52,438 nt of DNA, taken from IMG/VR virus record IMGVR_UViG_3300023179_000147, positions 1-52,438 of that record; one strand, 5' to 3'. The notes below the pieces were generated by a model that did no database searches, was not told the DNA's origin, and saw only the letters and a program-made list of their open reading frames with translations. The position numbers were made by a program, and so were the translations under genes. This DNA is from a virus (lineage: Duplodnaviria; Caudoviricetes). Positions 39,375-48,611 of this stretch are shown in pieces. Position 1 is the first letter of the stretch; every line of letters begins with the position of its first letter.

Positions 39375-40655
39375 TCACTTCTTAGTGATGATTATGTCCA
39401 GCCCACCAAGCTGTGCTCCGCTGTAAACTGTCTCTCCCTTTGAATTCTTAGTGACAGTTTTGATTGAATATCCACGGGGAAGAGTGGATGAAGCTGGATC
39501 ATGAGATCTAGTCACAGGATCTATATCTTCGGGAACGTTGCCCATCATATCATCAGCAACGTCAGGTAATATGGGATACACTTTCTGCTGTCTCCACCCA
39601 ACGCTTCTTTGATCTCTGCGCACGTTGCCTTGCTCGTCGAGTGGCAGAGTCGGATCATCAGAGCCAAGAACATACGTCGAAGAAATATTTTCAATCAACT
39701 CATCAGCAGCCGTTGTAGTGAACTCAACGATGGGAGAAGAGACATATCGCTTGATTGGAACTGGACTGCCGGGTGATGAATTTGCGAAGAAGTAAGCAGG
39801 CACTGAAATAGTGAAAGTGTTCTTGATGAATCTTTCCTGCTGTGACATATCATCGAAATTTGTCTCAAGAGTAAAACTACCGTCATCGACCTTCGCAACA
39901 AACCAATACCCCTTGGGAGTTTCAAGTTTCCACGACTGACCCTGCGGCAATAACGAGCTGATTATTTTTTCCATAATCTGGTTCGAGTGTTGGGTGTACT
40001 GAGACCACACCGTTATCGAATACTTTGCTGTGTAAAATTGGGGTGCCGGCACGACGATCGTCTCAAACACGTTATTGCGAAGGTTTGGCGTCAAGTAGGC
40101 ACCATCTCGAACAAACTTTGTGCTTGATAGCTCGCCGACTTGATTGTCAGTCGTTACTTGACCTGATGTATGCTTGCTCGTAGATGGTACAGCAAGATTC
40201 TGCTGATTGGGCAGCAATAATCTGTTTATTAGTGCTTGGTAATCCCTGTCTGATTTATCAAGCCTTCTTCTGACCACAATCTCTCCTTGCTGCTGGTTTA
40301 TACCGCGGGCAGCAATATCATCACTCACACTTTGGTTCATGTCTGTTCGCATGATAGTGATAAGGGGCAGGATGAGTGTACTGTTTCGATCTCTAATCGG
40401 TCTGCCGCGCTTCAGGAGTGCCCATTTTTCTCCAGCTGCAAATATGATCGGCACTTTTGTGACGGGCACACTTCCGACACCGCCGTACTCGGGCACAATC
40501 TCTTTTTCGAATAAATTGAAAAGTGAAGTGTCAACGTCTTCTATTCCACACGGGGGAATAGTCAGATCAGTTTGCCCCTGCTTCTTTTCATACCCAGTTG
40601 GTAGAGGAGACTGTCCGTAGCTTACTTGTGATCCGGGATTAAATCGAGTGGGCAT
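39375..40655 (-). CDS. Tail completion/terminator protein (T4 gp15-like)
   Basis: IEDVD, VPIIFAAGEKW, LPLITIMRT, P.FYTAKY..WSQY..N.IME; located between neck and sheath genes. Confidence 0.7.
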   Translation of the reverse strand: MPTRFNPGSQVSYGQSPLPTGYEKKQGQTDLTIPPCGIEDVDTSLFNLFEKEIVPEYGGVGSVPVTKVPIIFAAGEKWALLKRGRPIRDRNSTLILPLITIMRTDMNQSVSDDIAARGINQQQGEIVVRRRLDKSDRDYQALINRLLLPNQQNLAVPSTSKHTSGQVTTDNQVGELSSTKFVRDGAYLTPNLRNNVFETIVVPAPQFYTAKYSITVWSQYTQHSNQIMEKIISSLLPQGQSWKLETPKGYWFVAKVDDGSFTLETNFDDMSQQERFIKNTFTISVPAYFFANSSPGSPVPIKRYVSSPIVEFTTTAADELIENISSTYVLGSDDPTLPLDEQGNVRRDQRSVGWRQQKVYPILPDVADDMMGNVPEDIDPVTRSHDPASSTLPRGYSIKTVTKNSKGETVYSGAQLGGLDIIITKK

Positions 40656-40667
40656 ATTCTTTTCTCC

Positions 40668-41336
40668 TCACTCATCGTAGAAGGAAGATCCCACACCCTG
40701 CGGATCGCCCTTCACCGAGACCTCCTTGGGTCCTGTTAGGGGTTTATCAAGAACACCATTTTCAACAAGGTCCCTCTTGTCACCGGTGGGATCACCGTTC
40801 TGATCAAGAGCTTCGCCACGCTGTTGATGAAATTCTGTTTGCACAGCGTCCGCTTCAGGACGTGAGATGTCTGTTGGACCAATGGTGGGAGCCTTGAAGA
40901 GACCCTCACGGCTCTTCACACCCATGAGCTTAACACCATCTTTATGCTCTGGGAGGCCGTAGATGTTGCGCATGTAGACACGTTCTGTGATCTCATAGAA
41001 TACGTCAGAGAACGAGAAGAAGTCGCCGATGTTGACGTTGATGCCCTTGTCAACGAGATCCCTATGCTGCAAAAAAACCTCTATCTTGAACTGCGCGTCG
41101 ACTCCAAATTTATCAATCTTTGTGTCAGTTTGAAAGTTGTTATCGACTAGGCAGTCTAGTGCAATTGGATTGTCATACACTTTCTGAAGTGCTTCGTTAT
41201 ACACAGCGTGCGTCTGTGTCTTCAGCTCAGAGATTGCGTAATAGTAGATTTTTTGACCCACTACGTCTTTAATGATCTCTTTCGTGATATCACTGATGAA
41301 ATTTAGTTCGCGAAAGGTTACGAAAAGCCTTGACAT
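40668..41336 (-). CDS. Neck/head-closure protein (T4 gp14-like)
   Basis: GQKIYYY, YNEA..K, IGDFF..FYEI; synteny with the gp13-like gene. Confidence 0.75.
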   Translation of the reverse strand: MSRLFVTFRELNFISDITKEIIKDVVGQKIYYYAISELKTQTHAVYNEALQKVYDNPIALDCLVDNNFQTDTKIDKFGVDAQFKIEVFLQHRDLVDKGINVNIGDFFSFSDVFYEITERVYMRNIYGLPEHKDGVKLMGVKSREGLFKAPTIGPTDISRPEADAVQTEFHQQRGEALDQNGDPTGDKRDLVENGVLDKPLTGPKEVSVKGDPQGVGSSFYDE

Positions 41337-41344
41337 GATTCACC

Positions 41345-42523
41345 TCATCCGATCGTGATCGCAGTGCCTCGAGGCATTGGCACAAATCTTAGCTGTTTGT
41401 TGAGTGATTCTGCAGCAAGAGCGTCAGCCTCTAATAATTTCTGATGTGTCAGCTGTGCCAAAAACTCCTTCATCTGTGTCTGTAATTTATCTTTCTCTTC
41501 TTTGCCAGAGCTTACTAGACTCTCACCGTTAAGCTGGAGATCAGCATTTGGGATCGGAATCGACTGAAACTTAGATCTAATCAGGCCTAGTAACTCCTTG
41601 CACAGAGCCAACGTGTACTGTCTTATCCATTGACGACCGGGTTGGTTTATTGTCGAATACGGGATATTGTCTAGGGGCATGTTGTTCGGGCCTGAGACAC
41701 CGTATATCGTTTGATCACCATACGCTGTTGGATTGAGAACGTCCTGTGGGGGTAACACTTTGCAGTACAAATTACCAACCTGTAGATCAGTTACGGGTAT
41801 CGGGTAGATTCTCAATTTGCTACCCATGATCTCATAAGAGTATTGTGACCTGCGAACCCTAAATGCAGTCTCAAGCATACCACGACGCAAGACGTCTTCA
41901 AAGACGGGCAGAACGTAAAAAATAGTTGAATTGACGTACGACTCGTAATTGAAGTTAGTAGCCAAGAAGTTTGTCATATTGGAAGCATTGAGGAGGAAGT
42001 GTTGAGCAGCGAGGGGCTCGACGTGAAAGAGTTCAACAACCCTCATTTTACCCTTGAATCCTTCAGGCAGGTTGTCGTAGATGGGTGTGCCCGTTTGAGT
42101 ATCTAAGAGATCAGTGTATATGTTATAGTCCTGCTGACCGCCCACAAGGTTGAAATACCCCCACACTGGGTCGCTTGACCCTCCCACAAATGCGTTCGTG
42201 GCATAGGGTTCAGCCATGCGGAGAAGATACTCTAGTGATCTCTGGGCATAGCGGTTGGTGAGGTTAGTCGATCCCGTTGCTAGCCCGAGGACGTTGGTCA
42301 ATTCAGATACAATCTTTGTCTCATGGACAAGACGTGCATATTCACAAGATGCCTCTTCGAAGCAGGCCCAAATCTCCTTCTTCGTCAATTCGACCGAAAG
42401 TACATCGTCTCCTAACTTGCGCTTGACAAACGTGACCATTGAGTCAGCGTCTGTTTGAAATTCAGCATCGGAATCAAAAAATCCAAATGGTGTGGGGCTG
42501 ATGGTGGCGTTAAAGCTAGTCAT
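41345..42523 (-). CDS. Neck protein (T4 gp13-like)
   Basis: KLG..VLSVELT, WIRQYTLALCKELLGLIRSKF..IP...LNG. Confidence 0.85.
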   Translation of the reverse strand: MTSFNATISPTPFGFFDSDAEFQTDADSMVTFVKRKLGDDVLSVELTKKEIWACFEEASCEYARLVHETKIVSELTNVLGLATGSTNLTNRYAQRSLEYLLRMAEPYATNAFVGGSSDPVWGYFNLVGGQQDYNIYTDLLDTQTGTPIYDNLPEGFKGKMRVVELFHVEPLAAQHFLLNASNMTNFLATNFNYESYVNSTIFYVLPVFEDVLRRGMLETAFRVRRSQYSYEIMGSKLRIYPIPVTDLQVGNLYCKVLPPQDVLNPTAYGDQTIYGVSGPNNMPLDNIPYSTINQPGRQWIRQYTLALCKELLGLIRSKFQSIPIPNADLQLNGESLVSSGKEEKDKLQTQMKEFLAQLTHQKLLEADALAAESLNKQLRFVPMPRGTAITIG

Positions 42524-42568
42524 GATACCTACCCTAGAAGATAAGTATGTTCAACTGCGATGTAGCAG

Positions 42569-42892
42569 TTACCCGCCGTGAGATTTAATCGCTCTTTCCT
42601 GACGTTCAGCACCAGCTCTTGAGCTGTGTGTGCCGAGGCGACGACGGCGGCCCGTACTTCGGTCTTTCTTCTTGGTGTAGAGACACCACTCATCTCCACA
42701 CTTCCTGATAATCTCAAAGATGTATTGACGCAGCATAGACTCCTCAAGAGTCGCATCACCATCTTCTTCGGGTCCGTTCTTGACAAGATATCGACCAGCG
42801 GATGGAGGCATATAGTCCATCATGCCCGTAGGGCCCTCCCCCGCTCCGATCTTGTCTCTGACTATCTCTTTGTCAGACTTACGGCGAGGCAT
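42569..42892 (-). CDS. Hypothetical protein
   Basis: 107-aa ORF; internal LRQYIFE helix followed by WCLYTK..LGTH.S...AERQERAI. Confidence 0.7.
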   Translation of the reverse strand: MPRRKSDKEIVRDKIGAGEGPTGMMDYMPPSAGRYLVKNGPEEDGDATLEESMLRQYIFEIIRKCGDEWCLYTKKKDRSTGRRRRLGTHSSRAGAERQERAIKSHGG

Positions 42893-42894
42893 GA

Positions 42895-43458
42895 TTAGCG
42901 CTTGCCGAACTTCTGTCTTAGGGTCTTGCGACGAAGAGTGTCAGGTGCATCGACTTTACTCTCATATAGAGTCTTGAGAGAAGGAGCCGAGTGGTCGTCG
43001 AGGCCGACCTCCGGAGAAGTCTCTACTTCGGGTTTCTTCTGCTCAAATTTTATCGTCTGGGCTGAAAACCTCTGTGGTAAAGCAACAGGTGTAGCAGTCA
43101 CCTTGATCTGCTGTTTCTCGACCCTGGGTGTTACCTTGATAGCCTCTGCAACGACTGACAAGGTCTTCTTAAAGTTAATCTGGAATTGAAGGGGAGAGAA
43201 GTAGCGATTGTCAATCAACACCTCAACCCGTGCCTGGTACATCCCCTCCTGGAGACGTCCACCCATCTTAGGTAGTGTGAACTGCACGACCTCATCCTCA
43301 CCCGTGCCGTAGCCGTTGAACATATAGGAGACATCCTTGCCCTCGCAGACAAGACGGACCTTGGCGGGCGAGGCGGCCATGCCCTCCATCTTGATCTTAA
43401 AGGCCAGATCGTTGGATTCTTCGATGTCGAGGTCTAGGGTTTCAACTAACGGTTCCAT
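42895..43458 (-). CDS. Hypothetical beta-sandwich-like protein
   Basis: Start moved to ATG 43458, 6 nt after ATACTTA (43465-43471). Confidence 0.65.
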   Translation of the reverse strand: MEPLVETLDLDIEESNDLAFKIKMEGMAASPAKVRLVCEGKDVSYMFNGYGTGEDEVVQFTLPKMGGRLQEGMYQARVEVLIDNRYFSPLQFQINFKKTLSVVAEAIKVTPRVEKQQIKVTATPVALPQRFSAQTIKFEQKKPEVETSPEVGLDDHSAPSLKTLYESKVDAPDTLRRKTLRQKFGKR

Positions 43459-43481
43459 CTCTTCTAAGTATCTCCCATCTG

Positions 43482-43826
43482 TCAACGTAGCTTAATTCTC
43501 TTAACAGAGATCTTGATGTCCTGTGAGATGTCTCTGACCCTGGCAGAGATGGGCTGCACTGTGATCTTCCTGTAGGTCGGCGACCTCTCAACGTGGGCCT
43601 TGACAAATCCCTGTATCTTGACCGGTGGCGGTGAATCGTTGACACGGATGAGCTTCGCCCAGACAAGGACCTCCTGGAGCCTCTCGAGCGCCCGCTTGGT
43701 GCCCGATTGGCCTGCCCGATATATGCGCTGGATCTCAACGAGCAGCCGCTTGCCGAATCCACCGGTGACAAGACCCTGGTTGCCGGGCGTACCCTTACCC
43801 AGACCCCTCGTCGTCATTCGGGGCAA
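43482..43826 (-). CDS. Hypothetical basic protein
   Basis: 114-aa ORF packed 2 nt from the upstream stop. Confidence 0.6.
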   Translation of the reverse strand: MPRMTTRGLGKGTPGNQGLVTGGFGKRLLVEIQRIYRAGQSGTKRALERLQEVLVWAKLIRVNDSPPPVKIQGFVKAHVERSPTYRKITVQPISARVRDISQDIKISVKRIKLR

Positions 43827-43828
43827 GG

Positions 43829-44359
43829 CTACACCCTGCGCCTATCAAATACGTTCTCAAGAGAGGGTTTCCCTGCATCGTCGAATAGATTGAAGCGGGC
43901 GACCTCGGTGGTGTTGTCCTCTTTGTAGAAGATCATCTGATTGTCCTTCATGAGCCAGCGCCCCGTCGTGTGATCCTTAATTGCGCTGACGTCGATCATC
44001 ACCTGGGCCACCATGCTGGTTAGGTTGTTTAGGTCGGTCGCAATTGCGGTGCTGACATATGATCCGATGCCGGCAATGCTCTCAGACAGACTCATGTATG
44101 AGGTGAGGTCGACGGCATCCGTCGCGTAGTATGTCTTGAAAAATGCCGTGCCTGTGTCCCAAACAATCTGTGCGGTTGGAGTGACGGGAGGTATGTCGAC
44201 GTTGGCAGAATAGATACCGGGTGCGGTCTGATTAACACCGTCGATCGATCTCGACAGCAGCATGCTGCCTGAGACATCATAGACCGTGTATCCGACCCCG
44301 TTGGATCCGGTTGCATTGCTCTTAGAGGAACCAAAGTCGACTGTCAACAAATTGAACAT
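43829..44359 (-). CDS. Hypothetical protein, probably virion-associated
   Basis: 176 aa; C-terminal GRW...NQMIFYKEDNTTEVARFNLFD..G.P...VFDR; ATATATA motif at 44372-44378. Confidence 0.65.
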   Translation of the reverse strand: MFNLLTVDFGSSKSNATGSNGVGYTVYDVSGSMLLSRSIDGVNQTAPGIYSANVDIPPVTPTAQIVWDTGTAFFKTYYATDAVDLTSYMSLSESIAGIGSYVSTAIATDLNNLTSMVAQVMIDVSAIKDHTTGRWLMKDNQMIFYKEDNTTEVARFNLFDDAGKPSLENVFDRRRV

Positions 44360-44383
44360 GGCACAGGTGATTATATATCCAGA

Positions 44384-45019
44384 TCACTTCTTTGATTTCT
44401 TGCGCTTTCTATGTGAACGGAGCGCTTGCTCTATCTTCTTCTTCTTTTCGGGCGGAGAAACAGCCCAGTCCCATAAAACATTCTTAGAGATTGAATCGAG
44501 GTTTTCTTCTAGTGCTTGGACTCTCTTCTCGAGTAGAGCAATCAGAGCATCGGACGGATCTTCAAGTTCAACGGACAGGGTAAGAGCAAGGTCGAGCAGT
44601 TCGTCAAAGCGACCAGAACTATACGCATCAGACGCTTTCTTGTAAGCCTCAGAGAGTTCAGGATCACCTCCTGTCTTATCAGGGTGGGTCTTGAATGCGA
44701 TTTGTTTCCACAGGGACCGCATCTCGTCGGGTGGAGGGTCTGCACTGGATATTTCTTCTGGTGCTTGCTCGGTATCAGAGTGAGATCCTGTCTGGTCAGG
44801 CCCCTCGCCGCCTTGATCGATTATGATAGTCTTATGATCACTGCTCTGTTCGATATTATTTTCTTCCTGCTCTTCAGACTCTTCCCAATAGCTCTTCTCA
44901 AACTGTCTTTCATGCTCCTTTAATTCTTCACTCCTCTCCTCAATCTCGAGTCGAAGATAGCTTGACTTGTGGAGCAGTCTCTTGAGCTTCTTTTTTGCGG
45001 CAATTTTCGATGCGCTCAT
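44384..45019 (-). CDS. J-domain (DnaJ-like) protein
   Basis: RSLWKQIAFKTHPDKTGGDPELSEAYKKASDAY with an intact HPD motif; N-terminal coiled coil. Confidence 0.8.
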   Translation of the reverse strand: MSASKIAAKKKLKRLLHKSSYLRLEIEERSEELKEHERQFEKSYWEESEEQEENNIEQSSDHKTIIIDQGGEGPDQTGSHSDTEQAPEEISSADPPPDEMRSLWKQIAFKTHPDKTGGDPELSEAYKKASDAYSSGRFDELLDLALTLSVELEDPSDALIALLEKRVQALEENLDSISKNVLWDWAVSPPEKKKKIEQALRSHRKRKKSKK

Positions 45020-45158
45020 GCGTTAAATATAGTCGAAAAATTTCAAAAAATGACATAGCGTTGTTTGAAAAAATCGTAGATGATTATACTTAAAAGTTGA
45101 TGTGGATCCACATAGTGTGGGACGCATCCCTTTCAACTCTCGAGAAAAGGAAGACAAC

Positions 45159-47204
45159 ATGTCTAGAACACACATTCAACAGTCACAGATTAGCGGTTCG
45201 TTAGTAGTTGATATCAACGAAAGCGCTTCGCTAGTGCAGGCTCCCGGCTCCCTAGTCGGCGACCTAAACATACTCCGCACGCAGATCAAGGGAATCCTCG
45301 GTGAGGATCACTTCTACAGTGCAAGATCAGGCCAGGATCTTAAATTGATCTACGCAGCAATGCACGCCTCCGGCGCAGACGCCGACTTCCAGGGCAGCAT
45401 CTCGACGGTCAGCAGCGCATCAGTTGGCAACTTCCTCGTTGTCCAGACTGGTGGCATGCAGGTGACCGGCTCGGCCGACCTCTCCGACACGCTCCATGTC
45501 GCAGGCAATGCATCTTTTGATGGCAATGTCACACTCGGCGATGCAGCCGGCGACACTCTTACCTTCAATGCCAAGGCAGCCTCTGAACTCGACATGGACA
45601 GCCACAAGGTTGTCGGTCTTGCACAGGCATCAGCTGCAGGCGATGCTCTCGCCTGGGGCTATGACGCATCGGTCTCTGACCTAGTCGTCACGGCAGGCGA
45701 CTTCACTGTTGATGCTTCGGGCAACACCGTCGTCGGCGGCACGCTCGGCGTCGACGGCGTCGCAGACTTCTCTGCAGACGTCTACGCAGCTGCTGCTCTA
45801 TATGTCAGCGGTGCATCCACTTTCGCAGCCGCCGCGGACTTCAACGGTGGCATCACTGCCGACCAGATCAAGATCGACGGCGACGTGGCTGGGCACCTCT
45901 ACTTCGTAGATCCCTCCACGGGCGAGATCCAGGACTCCGACGACCTCTACTACAAGGCTGGTGGTCTCTACGTCACGGGCTCTGCTGAGATCAGCAACGG
46001 CCTCAGCGTCCTCGCAGGCGGTCTCACCGTCGGCGGCGATCGCCTCGAGGTGACGGGTTCATTAGCAATCTCGGGTGTCGCTGATTTCGGCGGCAAGGTC
46101 TACATTGCTAGCGACCTCGGCGTCTCGGGCTCACTAACAGTTGCGAATGATATCAAGATCAGCGGCGACGTGCCACAACACCTCTACCTCGTCGGCGCCT
46201 CGGGTGAGATCCAGGACGAAACAAAGCTCTGGTTCGACGGCTCGAAGCTCTACGTCACGGGTTCTGCTGAGCTCAGCAGCAATCTCGAGGTGAAGGGCGG
46301 CTCAGTCACCCTCTCAAACGGCGTGTCGATGGCTTCATCGGCAGCTAACAAGCTCGTCATCACAGCAACTGACGTGGTTGAAATTTCCCACGACCTCAAG
46401 GTCGACAACAACCTCGAGGCAGTGAGCGGCTCGTTCACGGGTGATGTCACTGTCTCTGGCGACCTCTACGTCCAGGGTGCAATGACCTACATCGAAACCG
46501 AGAATCTCAAGGTCAAGGATGCAATCATCCACCTCGCCACCGGTTCGAACGCCGCCGCTTCCCGTGGTATCGTTCTCCATGGTGGATCAGGTTCTGGTGG
46601 CGACATCGCAGTCGGTGCAAAGATCAACGGCTACGACTTCGTCTTTGCCAAGAATGTGAACGACGCAGATGTCGACGCAGGCAACTCCGAGATCTTCTCG
46701 ACAGCTGACCTCGCCGGCGCTTGGTTGAACAACATTCAACTCGGTGTCGCAGAGGGTGCACTCAGCGGTTCACTCGCTGTCGACGGCTCGAACGTGAAGC
46801 TCTCGGCAGAAGCTGACCTCAAGCTCAGCGCACACGGCGATACAGTGAGCCTAATGACGGACGCTGATTACCAGGCAGTGTTCGGCGTTGGCGCTTGGGC
46901 CGCAGGTGAGACCCTTGTGGGCGCACTTGAGACCCTCTACCAGGGAGCATCGGGCGGTGCAAAGAAGGGCAACCTCAGCTCGAGCAACATCACGGGCGAC
47001 ACCCTAGACTTCTCAAGCGTCGGTGTCCTAGGTACATCTAATCAGAAGTTTGTTGACGTATACCTCAACGGTGTCCTCCTCGCCTACGGCGTGGACGTCA
47101 ACAACCTCGCTGGTACGGGTGATAAGATTGACCTCGATCACGGCCTCGTCACAGGCCTCACGTCTGACGACGTGATCACGGTCATCCTCCGCGGCGCTGC
47201 CTGA
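45159..47204 (+). CDS. Beta-helix-like virion fibre/decoration protein
   Basis: AAGGA SD before ATG 45159; many V-x-G / VTGS beta repeats; GDLYVQG..IETENLKVKDAIIHL; C-terminal DVYLNGVLL..DDVITV; upstream ATACTTA. Confidence 0.75.
   Translation: MSRTHIQQSQISGSLVVDINESASLVQAPGSLVGDLNILRTQIKGILGEDHFYSARSGQDLKLIYAAMHASGADADFQGSISTVSSASVGNFLVVQTGGMQVTGSADLSDTLHVAGNASFDGNVTLGDAAGDTLTFNAKAASELDMDSHKVVGLAQASAAGDALAWGYDASVSDLVVTAGDFTVDASGNTVVGGTLGVDGVADFSADVYAAAALYVSGASTFAAAADFNGGITADQIKIDGDVAGHLYFVDPSTGEIQDSDDLYYKAGGLYVTGSAEISNGLSVLAGGLTVGGDRLEVTGSLAISGVADFGGKVYIASDLGVSGSLTVANDIKISGDVPQHLYLVGASGEIQDETKLWFDGSKLYVTGSAELSSNLEVKGGSVTLSNGVSMASSAANKLVITATDVVEISHDLKVDNNLEAVSGSFTGDVTVSGDLYVQGAMTYIETENLKVKDAIIHLATGSNAAASRGIVLHGGSGSGGDIAVGAKINGYDFVFAKNVNDADVDAGNSEIFSTADLAGAWLNNIQLGVAEGALSGSLAVDGSNVKLSAEADLKLSAHGDTVSLMTDADYQAVFGVGAWAAGETLVGALETLYQGASGGAKKGNLSSSNITGDTLDFSSVGVLGTSNQKFVDVYLNGVLLAYGVDVNNLAGTGDKIDLDHGLVTGLTSDDVITVILRGAA
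45867..46277 (+). repeat. Internal ~43-aa duplication
   Basis: IKIDGDVAGHLY..GEIQD..LYVTGSAEIS versus IKISGDVPQHLY..GEIQD..LYVTGSAELS, 285 nt apart; CTCTACGTCACGGG(C/T)TCTGCTGAG conserved at DNA level. Confidence 0.85.
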
Positions 47205-47239
47205 ACGGCATGACGGTCACAGCTCAGCTGTGAAGTAGT

Positions 47240-47270
47240 GAAGGGCCCCTTTTGGGGCCCTTCCTCTTTA
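47240..47270 (+). terminator. Intrinsic terminator
   Basis: GAAGGGCCCC-TTTT-GGGGCCCTTC followed by CTCTTT. Confidence 0.7.
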
Positions 47271-47302
47271 AGCGCTATACTTACCGTTACGGAGTCAACA
47301 AC

Positions 47303-47869
47303 ATGAAAGACATCAAGGACATAGAGACAGTATTACAAGAAAAACTTGAAAAGAAGAAACTTGAAATAATCTCTGCAGGCGGAAGCCTCGGTGCGATGAA
47401 AGAAGCTTCTAAGATACACAAGGGATTCATTAGCGCGGCTCGAGAAGAGTTGACCGAACTTGTAGGTGAGGGAAAGATAAGCGCAGAGATAGCAAACTAT
47501 GTTCTATCATGGTTAGACCGTTCACACTCTAAGATAAAAGAACTAGTTGAAACAGCAAAATCATATAGCGACATCAAGACGGGAGAAGCAATTGCTCACG
47601 ACAACATCTTGAAGTCAATCAGAGAATCTAAAGAAATTGAAGAGATTGTGACACTACAAGAATTACCGCAAGATATTCATGCAGCAACAGAGAGTCAAGA
47701 GACTACAACGTCAGAGACAGATCAGCCCGAGTCTGAGCCCGTGCTCGCGATGGCGTCAGTGCCAGAAGAGAAGCCCAAAAAAGAAAGACGAAAGCCCAAG
47801 GCACAGGAAAGATCAAAGAAAATCGACGATACTGTCAAGCGTCTAAAGAAATCAAGGTCTGAAAAGTAG
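47303..47869 (+). CDS. Hypothetical coiled-coil protein
   Basis: GGAG SD before ATG 47303; ATACTTA at 47277-47283. Confidence 0.7.
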   Translation: MKDIKDIETVLQEKLEKKKLEIISAGGSLGAMKEASKIHKGFISAAREELTELVGEGKISAEIANYVLSWLDRSHSKIKELVETAKSYSDIKTGEAIAHDNILKSIRESKEIEEIVTLQELPQDIHAATESQETTTSETDQPESEPVLAMASVPEEKPKKERRKPKAQERSKKIDDTVKRLKKSRSEK

Positions 47870-48604
47870 TCAATAGGAGTAGGTGGCAGACAGGTTATCA
47901 CCTGATATGGGTGGATAGACCAGTGTGACAATCTGACCCGACAGTGTGTAGTCATGATTCTGCATCTGCAGGACACCGTTTACGAAGAACATAAGTGAGC
48001 TGGGTGGGTTGGGAGCGTTAGAGAGTGAGAAATTCTCGTTGTTCCCATCCGTGACACCTGTGGGAATCTCCATCCATGCGATGGAGTTCCCTGCACTTAC
48101 ATATGAGTAGGTCGCAACTATCTTACTGCCGATCTCAAGGGGAAGAGACGTATTGATCGTTGCACCTGCCAGGGTGTAGTCGTAATTGGCGCCTTGCAAC
48201 TGCAGGACTCCATTCACGAAGAGCATCAAGGATATTGATGGCTCGGGAGAGTTTGCGAGGTAGAAGACATTGTTAGTGCCGTCTACCCCGCCGCTGGGAA
48301 CCTCCATAAAGCTCCATTCGACAGTGGTAACTGTTTGGGAATTTGATGCACCACTACCGGATGAAAACTCTACGAGGTCAGCGTCTTGTATGCCGTCACG
48401 GTACCAATACTTGTGGGCGACGCCTCCAATGATGAGGCGCACTTCCATAGATTGGAATCTAATGGCGGCAGGAATTGATGAATTGGCAGCAGAGATTGCT
48501 GCTGCCTCTGTGTTGGCAGAATACGGCCCAGACCACGTATCAACGGGTACCGGATTGACCGGTTGTATACCAAATGGTAGCTGTAATCCCAACGGTCCAG
48601 GCAT
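47870..48604 (-). CDS. Putative virion protein with two tandem small beta domains
   Basis: ME(V/I)P(S/T)G..DG.N..F.L.N.P.P..SLM.FVNGVLQ....DYTL.G..I......G....ATYSY occurs twice. Confidence 0.75.
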   Translation of the reverse strand: MPGPLGLQLPFGIQPVNPVPVDTWSGPYSANTEAAAISAANSSIPAAIRFQSMEVRLIIGGVAHKYWYRDGIQDADLVEFSSGSGASNSQTVTTVEWSFMEVPSGGVDGTNNVFYLANSPEPSISLMLFVNGVLQLQGANYDYTLAGATINTSLPLEIGSKIVATYSYVSAGNSIAWMEIPTGVTDGNNENFSLSNAPNPPSSLMFFVNGVLQMQNHDYTLSGQIVTLVYPPISGDNLSATYSY

Positions 48605-48611
48605 CCCTTAC

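Noticed and set aside
45867-46277. Repeat pair as a possible DGR template/variable repeat
   Set aside because: Both copies are in frame within one gene, the differences are not adenine-specific, and no reverse transcriptase is in the window.
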